From contig JBDTVN010000001.1 of the NCBI GenBank assembly GCA_040007155.1, positions 1-41,680 of the forward strand: a DNA stretch of 41,680 nucleotides, in the 5' to 3' direction. Position 1 is the stretch's first letter. Every line of letters starts with the position of its first letter. The notes below the pieces were generated by a model, which made no database searches, was not told where the DNA came from, and saw only the letters and a program-made list of their open reading frames with translations. Source of the stretch: Chloroflexota bacterium. Lineage in GTDB: Bacteria; Chloroflexota; Limnocylindria; Limnocylindrales; CSP1-4. A program made the translations under genes and the position numbers. Of this stretch, positions 24,612-33,133 are shown one piece after another.

Positions 24612-25085
24612 GTGGCCGGTAACACGGACGAACGCGCCACGATCGCGCACCTGGCCGACGAGGTTGTGCCCGCGCTCATCGAGCGACTCAGCAACAGCGA
24701 GCTGGGCGAGCTCGAGGTCCGCCAGGATGGCTGGCGCGTGCGGCTGCGCCGCGGCACCGACGGCGCTATCCCAACGGTCCAGCCTGCCCAAACCACTATG
24801 CCGCACAAGCCGGCCGCGGTCGCCCACACCGCCGACCATGCGCCGCGGCGCGATCAGCCCAAGGGCCGGGTCAAGTCGCCGGCAGTCGGCTTCTTCACTC
24901 TGCGCGACGGCGTCACCGTCGGCAGCAAGGTTCGCAGCGGCGACATCCTGGGCATCGTCGACGTGCTGGGCGTGCGCCAGGAGGTCGTCAGTCCTGTAGA
25001 TGGGGTGCTCAAGGCGCTCGAGGTCGAATCAGGCCAGGCGGTCGAGTTCGGCCAGGCCATCGGTCGGGTGGAAGCCAGTGTTTAG
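24612..25085 (+). CDS. BCCP-like biotinyl-domain protein that lacks the biotinylated lysine
   Basis: The C-terminal domain is collinear with BCCP (VKSPAVGFF...GDILGIVDVLGVRQEVVSPVDGVLKALEVESGQAVEFGQAIGRVE). At the IEAMK(L/M) position it reads VDVLG (nt 24960-24971), so there is no lysine. It sits in the canonical accB position, overlapping accC by 8 nt. Confidence 0.75.
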   Translation: MAGNTDERATIAHLADEVVPALIERLSNSELGELEVRQDGWRVRLRRGTDGAIPTVQPAQTTMPHKPAAVAHTADHAPRRDQPKGRVKSPAVGFFTLRDGVTVGSKVRSGDILGIVDVLGVRQEVVSPVDGVLKALEVESGQAVEFGQAIGRVEASV

Positions 25086-26448
25086 TCGGATCCTGATCGC
25101 CAATCGGGGCGAGATTGCGCTGCGCATCGTCCGCGCCTGTAGACGCATGGGCATCACCAGTGTCGTCGCCTACAGCGAGGCCGACCGGGATTCGCGGGCC
25201 GTGCAATTGGCTGACGAGGCAATCTGCGTCGGTCCGGCCGAGTCGCGCCGCTCGTACCTATCCGCCCCAGCCATCCTGTCCGCTGCGATCGTCGCTGGTT
25301 GCGACGCGATCCACCCGGGTTACGGCTTCCTGTCGGAAGACGACACCTTTGCCGAGATGACGCGGGCCCACGGCCTGACCTTCATCGGGCCGTCGCCCGA
25401 GGTACTTGAGCGCTTCGCTTCCAAGGCCGGCACACGAACTCTGCTCGCGAAGCACGGACTACCGACCATCCCGGGCTCGGGCATGCTCCGCGATGACGCA
25501 CACGCAATGGCCGAAGCCGACAAGATCGGCTATCCGGCGCTGATCAAGCCGTCGGCGGGCGGTGGCGGCAAAGGAATGCGCATGGTGCGCTCCGCGCGAG
25601 AGCTGCAGCAGGCCATGACGATCTGCCGCTCAGAGGCGCTCGCCGCGTTCGGCGATGACTCGCTCTACCTCGAGAAGTGGCTGGAGGACAACCGCCATGT
25701 CGAGGTCCAGGTCATGGTCGACAAGTTCGGCAACGGCGTGCACGTGGGCGAGCGCGACTGCTCGGTCCAGCGCCGCCATCAGAAGATCATCGAAGAGGGT
25801 CCCAGCCCGGCGCTCAGTCCAGGGCAGCGCGCGTCGCTTCTTGATAGCGCGGTGGCGGCGGTCGTAGCGGCCGGCTATGAGAACGTGGGCACGCTCGAAT
25901 TTCTGCTCGACAAAGAGGGCAACTACTTCTTCATCGAGATCAACTGCCGCATCCAGGTTGAGCACCCCGTGACTGAGATGATCTCGGGCCTGGACATCGT
26001 GACCGAGCAGATCCGCATCGCCGCCGGCGAGCCGCTCAGCGTCAAGCAGAGCGACATCGAAATTCGCGGCCATGCGATCGAGTTCCGCATCAATGCCGAG
26101 GACGCCGAGAACGACTTCCAGCCTGGCGCGGGGCGGATCGAGACCTACCTGGCGCCGGGCGGCCCGGGCGTCCGCGTCGATAGCCACATGTACAGCGGCT
26201 ACGAGGTGCCGCCCTACTATGACTCGCTCCTGGGCAAGCTCATCGTATGGGGCCCGGACCGCGAGACGGCGATTGCCCGTTCGCGGGCCGCGCTCGAAGA
26301 GCTCGTCGTCGATGGCGTGGTCACCAACATTGCCCTGCATCGCGCGCTGCTTGGCAACGACGTGTTCTTGAGCGGCGAATTCACGACCAACCTGCTCGAC
26401 CGCGTCGGCAGCGCTGCCTTCATGGCAACGCCCAAAGCGGCGGCCTGA
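25078..26448 (+). CDS. accC: acetyl-CoA carboxylase biotin carboxylase subunit
   Basis: ORF 25000-26448, trimmed to in-frame GTG 25078 (VFSRILIANRGEIALRIVRACRRMG). Matching blocks are IHPGYGFLSE, GGGGKGMR and EMNCR-like FIEINCRIQVEHPVTE. Confidence 0.92.
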   Translation: MFSRILIANRGEIALRIVRACRRMGITSVVAYSEADRDSRAVQLADEAICVGPAESRRSYLSAPAILSAAIVAGCDAIHPGYGFLSEDDTFAEMTRAHGLTFIGPSPEVLERFASKAGTRTLLAKHGLPTIPGSGMLRDDAHAMAEADKIGYPALIKPSAGGGGKGMRMVRSARELQQAMTICRSEALAAFGDDSLYLEKWLEDNRHVEVQVMVDKFGNGVHVGERDCSVQRRHQKIIEEGPSPALSPGQRASLLDSAVAAVVAAGYENVGTLEFLLDKEGNYFFIEINCRIQVEHPVTEMISGLDIVTEQIRIAAGEPLSVKQSDIEIRGHAIEFRINAEDAENDFQPGAGRIETYLAPGGPGVRVDSHMYSGYEVPPYYDSLLGKLIVWGPDRETAIARSRAALEELVVDGVVTNIALHRALLGNDVFLSGEFTTNLLDRVGSAAFMATPKAAA

Positions 26449-26459
26449 CGGAGAACCAG

Positions 26460-26915
26460 TTGACCGACATCGTCCTTGGCACCGCCCAGATCCAGGCGCT
26501 GATCCCGCATCGCTGGCCGTTCCTGCTCGTCGATCGCATCGTCGAGTACGACCCGGCGCGCGGCTACATCAAGGGCGAGAAAGCCGTCACATCAACGGAG
26601 TGGTTCTTCCAGGGCCACTTCCCGCAGCTGCCAGTGATGCCCGGCGTGCTTCAGGTCGAGGCGCTGGCCCAGACCATGGCGGTGTACGTCGCCCAGCAGG
26701 AAGGTTTCGGCGAGCGTATTGGTCTGTTTGCCGCGATCGATGAATGTCGTTTCAAACGCGTCGTCCAGCCGGGCGACCGGCTGACCCTCGAAGTGACGAT
26801 GGCCAAGCTGGGCGGGCGCTTTGGCCGCGGTCACGGCGTCGCCAGCGTCGATGGCGATGTCTGTTGCGAAGCCGACCTGTCGTTCATCATTCCGCGCGAA
26901 GGGACCTTAAGCTGA
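26460..26915 (+). CDS. fabZ: 3-hydroxyacyl-ACP dehydratase
   Basis: ORF 26247-26915, trimmed to TTG 26460, which is preceded by GGAGAA. It contains IPHRWPFLLVDRI and FFQGHFPQLPVMPGVLQVEALAQ. Confidence 0.88.
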   Translation: MTDIVLGTAQIQALIPHRWPFLLVDRIVEYDPARGYIKGEKAVTSTEWFFQGHFPQLPVMPGVLQVEALAQTMAVYVAQQEGFGERIGLFAAIDECRFKRVVQPGDRLTLEVTMAKLGGRFGRGHGVASVDGDVCCEADLSFIIPREGTLS

Positions 26916-27667
26916 TGGCGCTCAAGCTCGCCGTGCTGGGCGACATCCACGGCAACGTCGCTGCCCTGGATGCGGCACTCGCCGATGCCAAGAAGCACAA
27001 GCCCGATCGTTACGTGATCACCGGCGATCTGACCTTCAATGGGCCACATCCGGGCGAGGTCATCGACAAGGTCCGGTCGCTCGAAAAGGGCGGCGCGCTC
27101 GTAATTGCCGGCAATACCGATCTGGCCGTGGCCGACGCCGACTATGCCGCGGCGTTCCCGTGGCTCGACGATGTTCCGCAAACTCACATTGCGGCGGCCG
27201 AATGGGCACACGATCAGCTGACCGACGATCAGCTCGACTACCTGGCCAAGCTGCCGTCCGAGCGACGCCTGTGGGCGGGCGACAACCTAGTCCTGGCCTG
27301 CCACGGCTCGCCGGGCTCGATTACCGCGGGCCTTGCGACTGATCTTGATCCCACGGTCACGGTCGAGCGCGTCACGCGTACCGACGCGCGGGTCATCTGC
27401 TGCGGCCACACGCATATCGCCAACGTGCGCGAGCTGGGCCGCAAGATGATTCTCAACCCGGGCTCGTGCGGCTACGCGTTCGACGGCGACCCGGGTGCGT
27501 GCTGGGCGCTGCTGACACTGCCCGACGGTGATGACGCAGAGCCTTCCGCCGAGCTATTCCGACCCGCGTATGACGCCGCGGCCGCGGCCGAGGAGGTGGC
27601 CGCACGCGGTCTCGCTGGCGACGTTTATCGCGCGGCGACCATCCGTACCGGGCGGCTCATCCGGTGA
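26915..27667 (+). CDS. calcineurin-like metallophosphoesterase (YfcE/MJ0936-type)
   Basis: ORF 26744-27667, trimmed to ATG 26915 (TGATG overlap with the fabZ stop). Motifs are LAVLGDIHGN, VITGDL, AGNTD, LACHGSP and CCGHTH. Confidence 0.8.
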   Translation: MALKLAVLGDIHGNVAALDAALADAKKHKPDRYVITGDLTFNGPHPGEVIDKVRSLEKGGALVIAGNTDLAVADADYAAAFPWLDDVPQTHIAAAEWAHDQLTDDQLDYLAKLPSERRLWAGDNLVLACHGSPGSITAGLATDLDPTVTVERVTRTDARVICCGHTHIANVRELGRKMILNPGSCGYAFDGDPGACWALLTLPDGDDAEPSAELFRPAYDAAAAAEEVAARGLAGDVYRAATIRTGRLIR

Positions 27668-28926
27668 CCCAACGCCGCCGCGTCGTGGTGACCGGCATGG
27701 GCGCGGTCACACCACTCGGCAACGACGTGCCAACCTTCTGGTCGCGCCTCGTGGCCGGCGAGAGCGGCGTCGACACCATCCGCGTCAACTTCGATCCTGA
27801 GCGCGTCACGAGCAAAGTCGCGGGCGAGGTCAAGGACTTCGACCCCTCGCACGTGCTCGACCGCAAGGAGATCCGGCGCAACGACCGTTATACGCAGTTC
27901 GCGCTGGTCGCGACGGCCGAAGCGATGCGCCACGCCAACCTGCCCGAGCGGCTCGAAGGCGAGATCGCCGAGCGGACCGGGATCATCATCGGTTCGGGTC
28001 TGGGTGGCTCGGGCACGCTCGTCGAGCAGGTTGCCATCAATGTGACGCGTGGCCCCGACCGGTTGTCGCCGTTCTTCATTCCCATGGCGATTGCCAATCT
28101 CGCGTCAGGTCAGTCGGCGATCAGCTTTGGCGCGAAGGGCCCCAACTGGGCCACTGTCAGCGCCTGCGCCACCGCCGGCCACGGTATCGGCGAGGCATAC
28201 GAGACGATCGTCCGCGACGACGCCGACATGATGTTTGCCGGTGGTTCGGAGGCGACTGTCTACGAGGCGCTCGTCGGCGCGTTCGCGGCAATGCGCGCCC
28301 TGTCGACACGCAACGACGATCCACAGGGCGCGAGCCGGCCCTTCGACAAGGGCCGCGACGGCTTCGTGATCGCAGAGGGCGCCGGCGTCCTCGTCCTCGA
28401 GGAGCTCGAGCATGCCCGCAGGCGCGGCGCACAGATCTTTGCAGAGGTCGTCGGCTACGGCGCCACGGCCGATGCGGCGCACATCACGCTCCCGGCACCG
28501 GGCGGGGAGGGCGGTGTCCGTGCCGCGCGCCGCGCCCTGGCCAAGGCCGGCATGCAACCGGAGGACATTGATTACGTCAGCGCCCACGCGACGTCCACAG
28601 CAGAAGGCGATCCGGCCGAATTGGCCGGCTTCAAGACAGTCTTCGGCGACCACATCGGCAACGTGAGCATCAGCGCGATCAAGAGCGCGATTGGGCACAC
28701 CCTCGGCGCCGCGGGCGGTATCGGCGCGATAGCCGCGATCCACGCGATGCGCGAGAGCCGCATCCCGCCGACGCTCAACCTGGTCGATCCCGCGCCTGAG
28801 GCAGCCGGCCTCGACCTGACGCCACTCAAGGCCAGGTCGCGCGAGGTACGCGCCGCGCTCGTCAACGCCTTTGGCTTCGGCGGCCAGAACGCGGCGCTCA
28901 TCCTGCGGCGCTGGGACGAGTCGTGA
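27664..28926 (+). CDS. fabF: beta-ketoacyl-ACP synthase II
   Basis: GTGA overlap with the upstream stop. It contains RRVVVTGMGAVTPLG, the active-site SACATAGH, HATSTAEGD and GHTLGAAG. Confidence 0.92.
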   Translation: MTQRRRVVVTGMGAVTPLGNDVPTFWSRLVAGESGVDTIRVNFDPERVTSKVAGEVKDFDPSHVLDRKEIRRNDRYTQFALVATAEAMRHANLPERLEGEIAERTGIIIGSGLGGSGTLVEQVAINVTRGPDRLSPFFIPMAIANLASGQSAISFGAKGPNWATVSACATAGHGIGEAYETIVRDDADMMFAGGSEATVYEALVGAFAAMRALSTRNDDPQGASRPFDKGRDGFVIAEGAGVLVLEELEHARRRGAQIFAEVVGYGATADAAHITLPAPGGEGGVRAARRALAKAGMQPEDIDYVSAHATSTAEGDPAELAGFKTVFGDHIGNVSISAIKSAIGHTLGAAGGIGAIAAIHAMRESRIPPTLNLVDPAPEAAGLDLTPLKARSREVRAALVNAFGFGGQNAALILRRWDES

Positions 28927-29402
28927 GCGAACCCGGCGGCAAGCCCGCCAACGCCAGCCCGGACATGTCCGGCCTCATCGGGCTGATCGACAAGCTCGAG
29001 GGCATCCTCAATGCGTCGGAGATGTCCGAGATCGAAATCGAAGTCGGTGAGACCGCGCTGGTCCTGCGTAAGCCAGCCGGTGGCGGTCAGTCGGTGCCAG
29101 CGCCAGCTCCCGCTGCGGCGCCCCAGCCGGCCCCCGCGCCCGCAGCCGACGTTCCGGCACCCGCGATCAACGCGGTCGTCGCGCCCCTGACAGGTCTCTT
29201 CTACGGCTCGCCATCGCCCGGAGCGGAGCCCTACGTCAAGGTCGGCAGCCCGATCCTGGTCGGCCAGGTGATCGGTCTGATCGAAGCAATGAAATTGTTC
29301 AACGAAATAAAGAGCGACCGCGCGGGTCGCGTCGTCCGCGTCTTCCTCGAGGACGGCGCGCTCGTCAAGGCAAAGCAACCTTTGATCGAGGTGCAACCAT
29401 GA
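28923..29402 (+). CDS. accB: biotin carboxyl carrier protein (canonical, biotinylatable)
   Basis: GTGA overlap with the fabF stop. It has a Pro/Ala linker followed by VVAPLTGLFY...VIGLIEAMKLFNEIKSD. The biotinyl-Lys codon is at 29292-29294. Confidence 0.88.
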   Translation: MSEPGGKPANASPDMSGLIGLIDKLEGILNASEMSEIEIEVGETALVLRKPAGGGQSVPAPAPAAAPQPAPAPAADVPAPAINAVVAPLTGLFYGSPSPGAEPYVKVGSPILVGQVIGLIEAMKLFNEIKSDRAGRVVRVFLEDGALVKAKQPLIEVQP

Positions 29403-30589
29403 CACCGCGTAGCGTGCGCATCACCGGCTGGGGCATGTACGCGCCCGAGCGGCGGCTGACCAACGCCGACCTCGAACGCGTGGTCGACACCTCTGACGAA
29501 TGGATCGTCTCGCGCACTGGAATTCGCGAACGTCGCATCGCCGCGCGCCACGAGACGACCGCGACCCTCGCCGCCATCGCCGGCAAGCGCGCCATTGCGG
29601 TAGCCGGACTACAGCCCGATGACATCGACGTCATCCTCGTCGCGACGCTCACGCCCGATTACTGGATGCCGTCGACTGGCGCGCTGGTCAAGGAAGCGAT
29701 CGGCAACACGACCGCGGCGGCAATGGATGTCGCGGCGGCGTGCAGCGGGCTCGTGTACGCCTATTCAATCGCGGACGCTTACATCCGGTCCGGCATGTAC
29801 AAGAACGCGCTGGTTGTCGGCTCGGAGACCCTCTCGCGCTACCTCGATTTCTCCGACCGCGGGACGTGCATCCTGTTCGGCGACGGTGCCGGGGCAATGG
29901 TGCTTTCGGCATCCGACGAAGAGGGCGGCGGCATGCGCGGCATGGAGCTGACGACCGACCCCGACGGCGCTTACATGATCTGGCTGCCGTCGGGCGGCTC
30001 GCGCTCGCCGGCGTCGGGCCAGACCCTTGCCCGTGGTGAACACTACGTTCGCATGGAAGGCAAGGAGACTTACCGCTATGCGACCAAGACGATGGCCACG
30101 ACCGCGTTGAAAGCCATCGAGCGCGCCGGCTGGCAGCCCGAGGACGTGGACCTCTTCATTCCTCATCAGGCCAATGTGCGCATCATCGAGTCGGTCGCGA
30201 AGGGCCTGGGTCTGCCCATGGACAAAATGTTCGTGAACCTCGACCGCTACGGCAACACCTCGGCCGCGTCAGTCGGCATCGCCCTGGCTGAGGCCGTCGA
30301 CTCGGGCCGCATCAAAGTCGGCGACAAGATCGTACTCGTCGCGTTTGGCGCCGGGCTCACGTCGGGCGGCATCGCCATTGAGTGGACGGCAGATCCCCTG
30401 AACGGCAAGCGCGCACAGTCGGTCGAGCCGGTCGCCACGGTGCGGGAGCCGGTCGACTGGTCTTCAGTTGACCCGATCCCCGACCGGCTGCGCGAGATCC
30501 TCGATGGCAACGTCGGACCGCGCGTGCCGCTCGACGATGTTGTTCCCGGCGAACCCGAACCGGCCAATCGCGACGAGGTTCTCGCCTAG
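29399..30589 (+). CDS. fabH: beta-ketoacyl-ACP synthase III with a ~67-aa C-terminal extension
   Basis: ATGA overlap with the accB stop. It contains TSDEWIVSRTGIRERR, the catalytic AAACSGLVYA, IPHQANVRI and GNTSAASV. The tail from about 30386 has no FabH counterpart. Confidence 0.9.
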   Translation: MTPRSVRITGWGMYAPERRLTNADLERVVDTSDEWIVSRTGIRERRIAARHETTATLAAIAGKRAIAVAGLQPDDIDVILVATLTPDYWMPSTGALVKEAIGNTTAAAMDVAAACSGLVYAYSIADAYIRSGMYKNALVVGSETLSRYLDFSDRGTCILFGDGAGAMVLSASDEEGGGMRGMELTTDPDGAYMIWLPSGGSRSPASGQTLARGEHYVRMEGKETYRYATKTMATTALKAIERAGWQPEDVDLFIPHQANVRIIESVAKGLGLPMDKMFVNLDRYGNTSAASVGIALAEAVDSGRIKVGDKIVLVAFGAGLTSGGIAIEWTADPLNGKRAQSVEPVATVREPVDWSSVDPIPDRLREILDGNVGPRVPLDDVVPGEPEPANRDEVLA

Positions 30590-30712
30590 CTCGACGTTGA
30601 GCCCTCGCCTCACGCGGCTGACGGGTTCCGCCACGTGTCGTGCCAGCCGACATAACTGCGGCCATCCGCGTTCTCCGTGTGATTCAACCGGCAGTTGTCG
30701 TCCAAGCCGACC

Positions 30713-31486
30713 TTACGCACCTGCAGGAGCCCAAGAAGCATCCTTGTCCTGGTCGCTTGAGCGTGGCTTCGGTTTCCGTACGCGCTGGATCGCTGACGGA
30801 TTCCGCTTTGCGTCGGCAGAGCCGCCGTTTGTCAGAAACCAGATTCCAGCCACGTTGCCCTCAGGGTCGCGCAGCCAGCGATGCAATGCCCGCGAGCGCC
30901 GGGGGAGCTTCTGATCGAGTACATCGCGATGTCGCTCCACGTTTCGACGGGCGGTCCGGTCTTCGGGCAGTAGCAGCACCCAGCCCACTGTTGATGGCTC
31001 CCACCCGAACTGCTCGCGGACAACCCTCGGCGCGAGGCGACACTTGATATCAAATGGGCGGAGCGTGCCCTCGAGCGAGCTCAGTTCCGACTTGACCTCG
31101 ACGACCAGCAACGCCCGACGACCACGGTGCCATGCCACGATGTCAATGGAGCCTCGCTCGCCGTAGTTGTTGAACGTGACCTCCACTCGCGTTTCCCAAC
31201 CCAAGCGCGTGAGCAAACGCACAAATTGAGCGACGAGCGCGGCATGGCCCTCGTCCAGCAGCCTGTCGACCGCGGCGCCGTGGTATCGAATAGCGAGATC
31301 CAGGCGAGCGTCGAGTGCCTCGAAGCATCGGTCGATTTCGTCTACCGTCAGTTTCGATAGCCGATGACACTCGAGGTCGACGACCTTCCACCGGCCCACG
31401 CCCGACCGCTTTCCGAGGTCTTCCTGGGTGAGTCCCGCTCGCTGCCGCAGCAGTCGATGCAGGCGGCTGATGTCGCTGCGCTTCAT
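30713..31486 (-). CDS. XRE-type HTH domain fused to a PD-(D/E)xK (restriction-endonuclease/YraN/Hjc-like) domain
   Basis: The N-terminus reads LHRLLRQRAGLTQEDLGKRSGVGRWKVVDLE (HTH). The central part reads GWETRVEVTF..GERGSIDIVAWHRGRRALLVVEVKSE, which gives an E...D...E-x-K nuclease-fold motif. It is the only minus-strand gene inside the fab cluster. Confidence 0.6.
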   Translation of the reverse strand: MKRSDISRLHRLLRQRAGLTQEDLGKRSGVGRWKVVDLECHRLSKLTVDEIDRCFEALDARLDLAIRYHGAAVDRLLDEGHAALVAQFVRLLTRLGWETRVEVTFNNYGERGSIDIVAWHRGRRALLVVEVKSELSSLEGTLRPFDIKCRLAPRVVREQFGWEPSTVGWVLLLPEDRTARRNVERHRDVLDQKLPRRSRALHRWLRDPEGNVAGIWFLTNGGSADAKRNPSAIQRVRKPKPRSSDQDKDASWAPAGA

Positions 31487-31545
31487 TGCACAACGATGAC
31501 CGCGGCCACTTATCCGCAGATCTTCGCCCGCTTACACTGCCAGGC

Positions 31546-32295
31546 ATGATCGATCTGACAGGCAAGGCGGCCATCGTCACCGGCGGGTCGCGCGGCATCG
31601 GCAAACAGATCGCCTTGCGACTCGCTCAGCAGGGCGCGGACATCTGCTTCTCGTATCGCGGCAACGCCGATGCGGCGGCGGCGACGACCAAGGAGATCGA
31701 GGCGCTGGGTCGCAAGTGTGTCTCCGTTCAGGCCGACGTCACTCAGCCGGAGGCGGCGGAGGCGCTCGTCAAGGCCGCGCTCGATGCTTTCGGCAAGGTC
31801 GACATCCTGGTCAACAACGCCGGCATCACACGTGACGACCTGATCATGCGCATGAAGCCCGAGGACTGGCGCGACGTGCTCGAGACGAACCTCTTCGGCG
31901 GGTTCTGGACGCTCAAGGCCGTCACCCGGCCGATGCTCCGCGCCAAGTCGGGCCGGATCATCAACATCACGTCGGTCAGCGGCCAGGCCGGCCAGATGGG
32001 CCAGGCCAACTACTCGTCCGCGAAGGCCGGCCTGATCGGCCTGACAAAGGCGGCAGCGCGCGAGCTGGGCAGCCGCGGCATCACCGTCAACGCCGTCGCC
32101 CCGGGTTTCGTCCTGACCGAGCTGACGCAGGACCTCAACGACGATCTCAAGGCGCAGATCAATGAGCGCACCCCGCTCGGCCGGTTCGGAACGGTCGAAG
32201 AGATTGCTTTTGCAGTGGCCTTTCTCGCGTCGGACGAGGCCGCATTCATCACCGGCCAGGTACTCGCCGTCGACGGCGGCCTGGTGATGATGTAG
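31546..32295 (+). CDS. fabG: 3-oxoacyl-ACP reductase
   Basis: ORF 31486-32295, trimmed to ATG 31546 (MIDLTGKAAIVTGGSRGIGKQIA). It contains NNAGITRD and the catalytic YSSAKAG. Confidence 0.9.
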   Translation: MIDLTGKAAIVTGGSRGIGKQIALRLAQQGADICFSYRGNADAAAATTKEIEALGRKCVSVQADVTQPEAAEALVKAALDAFGKVDILVNNAGITRDDLIMRMKPEDWRDVLETNLFGGFWTLKAVTRPMLRAKSGRIINITSVSGQAGQMGQANYSSAKAGLIGLTKAAARELGSRGITVNAVAPGFVLTELTQDLNDDLKAQINERTPLGRFGTVEEIAFAVAFLASDEAAFITGQVLAVDGGLVMM

Positions 32296-32299
32296 GTCG

Positions 32300-33133
32300 C
32301 TAGCTCGGGTTTCGGGCCGCGCGCCTGACTCGACCGAGTAGCCAGCGCGTGTGCAGGGTCGCGAGCCGGACGACAGCGAACCACGCGAACCAGGCGGTTC
32401 CGGGGCGACGCAGGCGGATGGCTTGAGCGAGGCCGCGCAACATGCATCTCGAGCTGAGCAGCACGTCGTGATAGCTCAGGCCGGCGGCGCTGACGCTCGT
32501 CGGGATGACCGCTGATTCGACCAGCGGCAGGTTGACGAAGGCGAACCGGCCGCGCAACCACAGGTTGACCCACATGCACGTGTCCTCACCCGTGCGCATG
32601 GCTTCCCAGAAGCCGCCGACGCTGTCGAAGAGCGACCTGCGCACGATTGCGCCATAGGGAACCATGGGCCTGAATTTGAGCGCGACCCGCCAGAAATTGG
32701 TCGTCAAGTCGAGCGCTTCCGCGCGTCCTGGGAGCAGACGGACCTGGACGTGCTTGCCTTTCCGGTCGGGCCGCTCGCGCGTCCCGCCGGCACTGCCGAA
32801 GTCCGCGTCGAACAGGGCAATTGCTGCCAAAGTGCGCTCGAGGAATGTCGGCTCCCAGCGGTCGTCGGCATCGAGGAACGCGAGCCATTCCGACACTGCC
32901 TCGCGCGCGCCGCGGTTTCGCGCAACGGCGATGCCGCCATTGATGTCGGTCGATACGAGCTCTACGCCGGCCAGCCGCGCCGCCCGCACAACCTGCGCCG
33001 AATCGTCGGTCGAGCAATCGTCAACGACCACGACCTTCGCGGGCGGCGTGGTCTGAGCCAGAACTGAATCCAGCGCGCGCAGGATCGTCGGCGCCGCGTT
33101 GTACATCGGGATCACCACAGTCACGTCGATCAT
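32300..33133 (-). CDS. family 2 glycosyltransferase
   Basis: ORF 32300-33154, trimmed to ATG 33133 (ATGA overlap with the upstream stop). It contains VTVVIPMYNAAPTILRALDSVLAQT and VVVVDDCSTDDS, plus DADD. Confidence 0.85.
   Translation of the reverse strand: MIDVTVVIPMYNAAPTILRALDSVLAQTTPPAKVVVVDDCSTDDSAQVVRAARLAGVELVSTDINGGIAVARNRGAREAVSEWLAFLDADDRWEPTFLERTLAAIALFDADFGSAGGTRERPDRKGKHVQVRLLPGRAEALDLTTNFWRVALKFRPMVPYGAIVRRSLFDSVGGFWEAMRTGEDTCMWVNLWLRGRFAFVNLPLVESAVIPTSVSAAGLSYHDVLLSSRCMLRGLAQAIRLRRPGTAWFAWFAVVRLATLHTRWLLGRVRRAARNPS

Noticed and set aside
30713-31486. The HTH-nuclease gene as half of a toxin-antitoxin or restriction-modification pair.
   Set aside because: No adjacent small partner ORF and no methyltransferase is present. 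The neighbouring genes are fabH and fabG. It is kept as a solo-gene finding only.
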